DNA of 64,000 nucleotides from Auanema rhodensis (taxonomy: Eukaryota > Animalia > Nematoda). The notes under the pieces are model-generated. The model was not told where the DNA came from. It ran no database searches and was given only the letters and a program-made list of their open reading frames with translations. The translations under genes and the position numbers were made by a program. The stretch is from the NCBI GenBank assembly GCA_964057225.1, contig OZ059900.1, positions 8,308,001-8,372,000 of the forward strand, written 5' to 3'. Shown here one piece after another: positions 55,058 to 64,000 of this stretch; positions within the stretch are counted from its first letter, which is position 1; every line of letters begins with the position of its first letter.

Positions 55058-58000
55058 TCGACTATTTTTACATAAATATGTTCAATTTTAACCACTTTGG
55101 TCAAAAAGGACCGAAAATATCAAGAAATATTGGTTTTTTGGGGTTTGAAGGGCATTTTGGCTAAATCAGTCAAACTTTTGATCTTAAGCATATTTTTTTC
55201 TTCTAAAACGACTAAATGTATGAAATACTATCATAGAATGTTCATATAGGTGTATTTTGCACGAATATCAAAACTGATTGAAATATGGGCCTTTTTATGC
55301 TCAAAACGCCATATATTCAACGATTTTGGGTACAAAACATGTGAAAACTGTATGTTTTGATCAGACCCTTTGAGATATGGATTTGAAATTCAGGATTCAT
55401 AAACTTTGACGATTTTTACATATATATGTCCAATTTTAACCACTTTGGTCAAAAAGGACCGAAAATATCAAGAATTATTGGTTTTTTGGGGTTTGAAGGA
55501 CATTTTGGCTAAATCAGTCAAACTTTTGATCTTAAGCATATTTTTTTCTTCTAAAACGACTAAATGTATGAAATACTGTCATAGAATGTTCATATAGGTG
55601 TATTTTGCACGAATATCAAAACTGATTGAAATATGGGCCTTTTTATGCTCAAAACGCCATATATTCAACGATTTTGGGTACAAAACATGTGAAAACTGTA
55701 TGTTTTGATCAGACCCTTTGAGATATGGATTTGAATTTCAGGATTCATAAACTTTGACTATTTTTACATAAATATGTTCAATTTTAACCACTTTGGTCAA
55801 AAAGGACCGAAAATATCAAGAATTATTGGTTTTTTGGGGTTTGAAGGGCATTTTGGCAAAATCAGTCAAACTTTTGATCTTAAGCATATTTTTTTCTTCT
55901 AAAACGACTAAATGTATGAAATACTGTCATAGAATGTTCATATAGGTGTATTTTGCACGAATATCAAAACTGATTGAAATATGGGCCTTTTTATGCTCAA
56001 AACGCCATATATTCAACGATTTTGGGTACAAAACATGTGAAAACTGTATGTTTTGATCAGACCCTTTGAGATATGGATTTGAAATTCAGGATTCATAAAC
56101 TCCGACTATTTCTACATATATATGTCCAATTTTAACCACTTTGGTCAAAAAGGACCGAAAATATCAAGAATTATTGGTTTTTTGGGGTTTGAAGGGCATT
56201 TTGGCTAAATCAGTCAAACTTTTGATCTTAAGCATATTTTTTTCTTCTAAAACGACTAAATGTATGGAATACTGTCATAGAATGTTCATATAGGTGTATT
56301 TTGCACGAATATCAAAACTGATTGAAATATGGGCCTTTTTATGCTCAAAACGCCATATATTCAACGATTTTGGGTACAAAACATGTGAAAACTGTATGTT
56401 TTGATCAGACCCTTTGAGATATGGATTTGAAATTCAGGATTCATAAACTTTGACTATTTTTACATAAATATGTTCAATTTTAACCACTTTGGTGAAAAAG
56501 GACCGAAAATATCAAGAATTATTGGTTTTTTGGGGTTTGAAGGGCATTTTGGCTAAATCAGTCCAACTTTTGATCTTAAGCATATTTTTTTCTTCTAAAA
56601 CGACTAAATGTATGAAATACTATCATAGAATGTTCATATAGGTGTATTTTGCACGAATATCAAAACTGATTGAAATATGGGCCTTTTTATGCTCAAAACG
56701 CCATATATTCAACGATTTTGGGTACAAAACATGTGAAAACTGTATGTTTTGATCAGACCCTTTGAGATATGGATTTGAAATTCAGGATTTATAAACTTTG
56801 ACTATTTTTACATATATATGTCCAATTTTAACCACTTTGGTCAAAAAGGACCGAAAATATCAAGAATTATTGGTTTTTTGGGGTTTGAAGGACATTTTGG
56901 CTAAATCAGTCAAACTTTTGATCTTAAGCATATTTTTTTCTTCTAAAACGACTAAATGTATGAAATACTGTCATAGAATGTTCATATAGGTGTATTTTGC
57001 ACGAATATCAAAACTGATTGAAATATGGGCCTTTTTATGCTCAAAACGCCATATATTCAACGATTTTGGGTACAAAACATGTGAAAACTGTATGTTTTGA
57101 TCAGACCCTTTGAGATATGGATTTGAATTTCAGGATTCATAAACTTTGACTATTTTTACATAAATATGTTCAATTTTAACCACTTTGGTCAAAAAGGACC
57201 GAAAATATCAAGAATTATTGGTTTTTTGGGGTTTGAAGGGCATTTTGGCAAAATCAGTCAAACTTTTGATCTTAAGCATATTTTTTTCTTCTAAAACGAC
57301 TAAATGTATGAAATACTGTCATAGAATGTTCATATAGGTGTATTTTGCACGAATATCAAAACTGATTGAAATATGGGCCTTTTTATGCTCAAAACGCCAT
57401 ATATTCAACGATTTTGGGTACAAAACATGTGAAAACTGTATGTTTTGATCAGACCCTTTGAGATATGGATTTGAAATTCAGGATTCATGAACTTTGACTA
57501 TTTTTACATATATATGTTCAATTTTAACCACTTTGGTCAAAAAGGACCGAAAATATCAAGAATTATTGGTTTTTTGGGATTTGAAGGGCATTTTGGCAAA
57601 ATCAGTCAAACTTTTGATCTTAAGCATATTTTTTTCTTCTAAAACGACTAAATGTATGAAATACTGTCATAGAATGTTCATATAGGTGTATTTTGCACGA
57701 ATATCAAAACTGATTGAAATATGGGCCTTTTTATGCTCAAAACGCCATATATTCAACGATTTTGGGTACAAAACATGTGAAAACTGTATGTTTTGATCAG
57801 ACCCTTTGAGATATGGATTTGAAATTCAGGATTCATAAACTTCGACTATTTTTACATAAATATGTTCAATTTTAACCACTTTGGTCAAAAAGGACCGAAA
57901 ATATCAAGAAATATTGGTTTTTTGGGGTTTGAAGGGCATTTTGGCTAAATCAGTCAAACTTTTGATCTTAAGCATATTTTTTTCTTCTAAAACGACTAAA

Positions 58001-60625
58001 TGTATGAAATACTATCATAGAATGTTCATATAGGTGTATTTTGCACGAATATCAAAACTGATTGAAATATGGGCCTTTTTATGCTCAAAACGCCATATAT
58101 TCAACGATTTTGGGTACAAAACATGTGAAAACTGTATGTTTTGATCAGACCCTTTGAGATATGGATTTGAAATTCAGGATTCATAAACTTTGACGATTTT
58201 TACATATATATGTCCAATTTTAACCACTTTGGTCAAAAAGGACCGAAAATATCAAGAATTATTGGTTTTTTGGGGTTTGAAGGACATTTTGGCTAAATCA
58301 GTCAAACTTTTGATCTTAAGCATATTTTTTTCTTCTAAAACGACTAAATGTATGAAATACTGTCATAGAATGTTCATATAGGTGTATTTTGCACGAATAT
58401 CAAAACTGATTGAAATATGGGCCTTTTTATGCTCAAAACGCCATATATTCAACGATTTTGGGTACAAAACATGTGAAAACTGTATGTTTTGATCAGACCC
58501 TTTGAGATATGGATTTGAATTTCAGGATTCATAAACTTTGACTATTTTTACATAAATATGTTCAATTTTAACCACTTTGGTCAAAAAGGACCGAAAATAT
58601 CAAGAATTATTGGTTTTTTGGGGTTTGAAGGGCATTTTGGCAAAATCAGTCAAACTTTTGATCTTAAGCATATTTTTTTCTTCTAAAACGACTAAATGTA
58701 TGAAATACTGTCATAGAATGTTCATATAGGTGTATTTTGCACGAATATCAAAACTGATTGAAATATGGGCCTTTTTATGCTCAAAACGCCATATATTCAA
58801 CGATTTTGGGTACAAAACATGTGAAAACTGTATGTTTTGATCAGACCCTTTGAGATATGGATTTGAAATTCAGGATTCATAAACTCCGACTATTTCTACA
58901 TATATATGTCCAATTTTAACCACTTTGGTCAAAAAGGACCGAAAATATCAAGAATTATTGGTTTTTTGGGGTTTGAAGGGCATTTTGGCTAAATCAGTCA
59001 AACTTTTGATCTTAAGCATATTTTTTTCTTCTAAAACGACTAAATGTATGGAATACTGTCATAAAATGTTCATATAGGTGTATTTTGCACGAATATCAAA
59101 ACTGATTGAAATATGGGCCTTTTTATGCTCAAAACGCCATATATTCAACGATTTTGGGTACAAAACATGTGAAAACTGTATGTTTTGATCAGACCCTTTG
59201 AGATATGGATTTGAAATTCAGGATTCATAAACTTTGACTATTTTTACATAAATATGTTCAATTTTAACCACTTTGGTGAAAAAGGACCGAAAATATCAAG
59301 AATTATTGGTTTTTTGGGGTTTGAAGGGCATTTTGGCTAAATCAGTCAAACTTTTGATCTTAAGCATATTTTTTTCTTCTAAAACGACTAAATGTATGAA
59401 ATACTATCATAGAATGTTCATATAGGTGTATTTTGCACGAATATCAAAACTGATTGAAATATGGGCCTTTTTATGCTCAAAACGCCATATATTCAACGAT
59501 TTTGGGTACAAAACATGTGAAAACTGTATGTTTTGATCAGACCCTTTGAGATATGGATTTGAAATTCAGGATTTATAAACTTTGACTATTTTTACATATA
59601 TATGTCCAATTTTAACCACTTTGGTCAAAAAGGACCGAAAATATCAAGAATTATTGGTTTTTTGGGGTTTGAAGGACATTTTGGCTAAATCAGTCAAACT
59701 TTTGATCTTAAGCATATTTTTTTCTTCTAAAACGACTAAATGTATGAAATACTGTCATAGAATGTTCATATAGGTGTATTTTGCACGAATATCAAAACTG
59801 ATTGAAATATGGGCCTTTTTATGCTCAAAACGCCATATATTCAACGATTTTGGGTACAAAACATGTGAAAACTGTATGTTTTGATCAGACCCTTTGAGAT
59901 ATGGATTTGAATTTCAGGATTCATAAACTTTGACTATTTTTACATAAATATGTTCAATTTTAACCACTTTGGTCAAAAAGGACCGAAAATATCAAGAATT
60001 ATTGGTTTTTTGGGGTTTGAAGGGCATTTTGGCAAAATCAGTCAAACTTTTGATCTTAAGCATATTTTTTTCTTCTAAAACGACTAAATGTATGAAATAC
60101 TGTCATAGAATGTTCATATAGGTGTATTTTGCACGAATATCAAAACTGATTGAAATATGGGCCTTTTTATGCTCAAAACGCCATATATTCAACGATTTTG
60201 GGTACAAAACATGTGAAAACTGTATGTTTTGATCAGACCCTTTGAGATATGGATTTGAAATTCAGGATTCATGAACTTTGACTATTTTTACATATATATG
60301 TTCAATTTTAACCACTTTGGTCAAAAAGGACCGAAAATATCAAGAATTATTGGTTTTTTGGGATTTGAAGGGCATTTTGGCAAAATCAGTCAAACTTTTG
60401 ATCTTAAGCATATTTTTTTCTTCTAAAACGACTAAATGTATGAAATACTGTCATAGAATGTTCATATAGGTGTATTTTGCACGAATATCAAAACTGATTG
60501 AAATATGGGCCTTTTTATGCTCAAAACGCCATATATTCAACGATTTTGGGTACAAAACATGTGAAAACTGTATGTTTTGATCAGACCCTTTGAGATATGG
60601 ATTTGAAATTCAGGATTCATAAACT
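55058..60625. repeat. 8-monomer (2784-bp) tandem duplication, itself made of two related 4-mers
   Basis: CAAGAAATAT, GACGATT (55406/58190), TCCGAC+TTTCTA (56102/58886), GGTGAA, and CATGAA+GGGATTT (57494/60278) all recur at +2784. Confidence 0.9.
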
Positions 60626-63600
60626 CCGACTATTTCTACATATATATGTCCAATTTTAACCACTTTGGTCAAAAAGGACCGAAAATATCAAGAATTATTG
60701 GTTTTTTGGGGTTTGAAGGGCATTTTGGCTAAATCAGTCAAACTTTTGATCTTAAGCATATTTTTTTCTTCTAAAACGACTAAATGTATGGAATACTGTC
60801 ATAGAATGTTCATATAGGTGTATTTTGCACGAATATCAAAACTGATAGAAATATGGGCCTTTTTATGCTCAAAACGCCATATATTCAACGATTTTGGGTA
60901 CAAAACATGTGAAAACTGTATGTTTTGATCAGACCCTTTGAGATATGGATTTGAAATTCAGGATCCATAAACTTCGACTATTTCTACATATATATGTCCA
61001 ATTTTAACCACTTTGGTCAAAAAGGACCGAAAATATCAAGAATTATTGGTTTTTTGGGGTTTGAAGGGCATTTTGGCTAAATCAGTCAAACTTTTGATCT
61101 TAAGCATATTTTTTTCTTCTAAAACGACTAAATGTATGAAATACTGTCATAGAATGTTCATATAGGTGTATTTTGCACGAATATCAAAACTGATTGAAAT
61201 ATGGGCCTTTTTATGCTCAAAACGCCATATATTCAACGATTTTGGGTACAAAACATGTGAAAACTGTATGTTTTGATCAGACCCTTTGAGATATGGATTT
61301 GAAATTCAGGATTCATAAACTTTGACTATTTTTACATATATATGTCCAATTTTAACCACTTTGGTCAAAAAGGACCGAAAATATCAAGAATTATTGGTTT
61401 TTTGGGGTTTGAAGGACATTTTGGCTAAATCAGTCAAACTTTTGATCTTAAGCATATTTTTTTCTTCTAAAACGACTAAATGTATGAAATACTGTCATAG
61501 AATGTTCATATAGGTGTATTTTGCACGAATATCAAAACTGATTGAAATATGGGCCTTTTTATGCTCAAAACGCCATATATTCAACGATTTTGGGTACAAA
61601 ACATGTGAAAACTGTATGTTTTGATCAGACCCTTTGAGATATGGATTTGAATTTCAGGATTCATGAACTTTGACTATTTTTACATATATATGTTCAATTT
61701 TAACCACTTTGGTCAAAAAGGACCGAAAATATCAAGAATTATTGGTTTTTTGGGATTTGAAGGGCATTTTGGCAAAATCAGTCAAACTTTTGATCTTAAG
61801 CATATTTTTTTCTTCTAAAACGACTAAATGTATGAAATACTGTCATAGAATGTTCATATAGGTGTATTTTGCACGAATATCAAAACTGATTGAAATATGG
61901 GCCTTTTTATGCTCAAAACGCCATATATTCAACGATTTTGGGTACAAAACATGTGAAAACTGTATGTTTTGATCAGACCCTTTGAGATATGGATTTGAAA
62001 TTCAGGATTCATGAACTTTGACTATTTTTACATATATATGTTCAATTTTAACCACTTTGGTCAAAAAGGACCGAAAATATCAAGAATTATTGGTTTTTTG
62101 GGGTTTGAAGGGCATTTTGGCAAAATCAGTCAAACTTTTGATCTTAAGCATATTTTTTTCTTCTAAAACGACTAAATGTATGAAATACTGTCATAGAATG
62201 TTCATATAGGTGTATTTTGCACGAATATCAAAACTGATTGAAATATGGGCCTTTTTATGCTCAAAACGCCATATATTCAACGATTTTGGGTACAAAACAT
62301 GTGAAAACTGTATGTTTTGATCAGACCCTTTGAGATATGGATTTGAAATTCAGGATTCATAAACTCCGACTATTTCTACATATATATGTCCAATTTTAAC
62401 CACTTTGGTCAAAAAGGACCGAAAATATCAAGAATTATTGGTTTTTTGGGGTTTGAAGGGCATTTTGGCAAAATCAGTCAAACTTTTGATCTTAAGCATA
62501 TTTTTTTCTTCTAAAACGACTAAATGTATGAAATACTGTCAAAGAATGTTGATATAGGTGTATTTTGCACGAATATCAAAACTGATTGAAATATGGGCCT
62601 TTTTATGCTCAAAACGCCATATATTCAACGATTTTGGGTACAAAACATGTGAAAACTGTATGTTTTGATCAGACCCTTTGAGATATGGATTTGAAATTCA
62701 GGATCCATAAACTTCGACTATTTCTACATATATATGTCCAATTTTAACCACTTTGGTCAAAAAGGACCGAAAATATCAAGAATTATTGGTTTTTTGGGGT
62801 TTGAAGGGCATTTTGGCAAAATCAGTCAAACTTTTGATCTTAAGCATATTTTTTTCTTCTAAAACGACTAAATGTATGAAATACTGTCATAGAATGTTCA
62901 TATAGGTGTATTTTGCACGAATATCAAAACTGATTGAAATATGGGCCTTTTTATGCTCAAAACGCCATATATTCAACGATTTTGGGTACAAAACATGTGA
63001 AAACTGTATGTTTTGATCAGACCCTTTGAGATATGGATTTGAAATTCAGGATTCATAAACTCCGACTATTTCTACATATATATGTCCAATTTTAACCACT
63101 TTGGTCAAAAAGGACCGAAAATATCAAGAATTATTGGTTTTTTGGGGTTTGAAGGGCATTTTGGCTAAATCAGTCAAACTTTTGATCTTAAGCATATTTT
63201 TTTCTTCTAAAACGACTAAATGTATGGAATACTGTCATAGAATGTTCATATAGGTGTATTTTGCACGAATATCAAAACTGGTTGAAATATGGGCCTTTTT
63301 ATGCTCAAAACGCCATATATTCAACGATTTTGGGTACAAAACATGTGAAAACTGTATGTTTTGATCAGACCCTTTGAGATATGGATTTGAAATTCAGGAT
63401 CCATAAACTTCGACTATTTCTACATATATATGTCCAATTTTAACCACTTTGGTCAAAAAGGACCGAAAATATCAAGAATTATTGGTTTTTTGGGGTTTGA
63501 AGGGCATTTTGGCTAAATCAGTCAAACTTTTGATCTTAAGCATATTTTTTTCTTCTAAAACGACTAAATGTATGAAATACTGTCATAGAATGTTCATATA

Positions 63601-64000
63601 GGTGTATTTTGCACGAATATCAAAACTGATTGAAATATGGGCCTTTTTATGCTCAAAACGCCATATATTCAACGATTTTGGGTACAAAACATGTGAAAAC
63701 TGTATGTTTTGATCAGACCCTTTGAGATATGGATTTGAAATTCAGGATTCATAAACTTTGACTATTTTTACATATATATGTCCAATTTTAACCACTTTGG
63801 TCAAAAAGGACCGAAAATATCAAGAATTATTGGTTTTTTGGGGTTTGAAGGACATTTTGGCTAAATCAGTCAAACTTTTGATCTTAAGCATATTTTCTTC
63901 TTCTAAAACGACTAAATGTATGAAATACTGTCATAGAATGTTCATATAGGTGTATTTTGCACGAATATCAAAACTGATTGAAATATGGGCCTTTTTATGC

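Larger units (their letters stand above)
1..64000. repeat. 348-bp AT-rich tandem satellite array (~184 head-to-tail monomers), continuing beyond both window ends
   Basis: GGACCGAAAATATCAAG at 1 recurs at 349, 697, etc. ORF-track starts fall on an exact 348-bp grid from 1344 to 46932. The only phase shifts are +1 (T11 run at 1130-1140), -1 three times (T6 runs at 48459, 51715, 54846) and one 125-bp monomer at 50759. Monomers usually differ at only a handful of sites. Confidence 0.99.

Noticed and set aside
647-63949. Repeated 63-, 87- and 100-aa ORFs (MTIFTYIC...) as a tandem gene family
   Set aside because: They start at TTG rather than ATG, and many monomers carry an in-frame TAA at codon 6, a TCG in place of the start, or a frameshift. 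Variants are freely non-synonymous and I recognise no domain. They are by-products of the repeat.
1-64000. CRISPR array or other repeat-spacer system
   Set aside because: There are no unique spacers; the whole 348-bp unit repeats, and no cas-like genes are present.
1-64000. Rolling-circle concatemer of a viroid-sized or other 348-nt circle, or an amplification artefact
   Set aside because: A single template would give identical copies with random errors. Here variants are inherited in nested blocks and regional zones. I also see no rod-like self-complementarity or ribozyme core, and GC is low.
1-64000. Assignment to a named satellite or organism (e.g. Drosophila 359-bp, Tribolium 360-bp, Brassica 176-bp dimers)
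   Set aside because: Only length and AT content are similar. I cannot recognise sequence identity without a search.

Overview
The whole 64-kb window is one uninterrupted head-to-tail tandem array of an AT-rich (~30% GC by hand count) 348-bp monomer, about 184 copies in one orientation, with no unique sequence, gene or transposon insertion visible. It looks like a highly homogenised eukaryotic satellite DNA, plausibly centromeric or pericentromeric, but I do not recognise the family or the organism. All ORFs in the track are chance reading frames of the monomer. The informative signal lies in the few variant bases. They show nested local block duplications of 5, 6, 7, 8, 10, 11 and 13 monomers (incipient higher-order repeats of changing period), chimeric monomers that pin recombination breakpoints, one 125-bp truncated monomer (223-bp deletion at a microhomology), zones of private variants, a CpG-richer monomer subfamily, and a conserved dyad in every monomer. 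I see no evidence for a new protein-coding or RNA system. Variant calls were made by eye and rare differences may have been missed.
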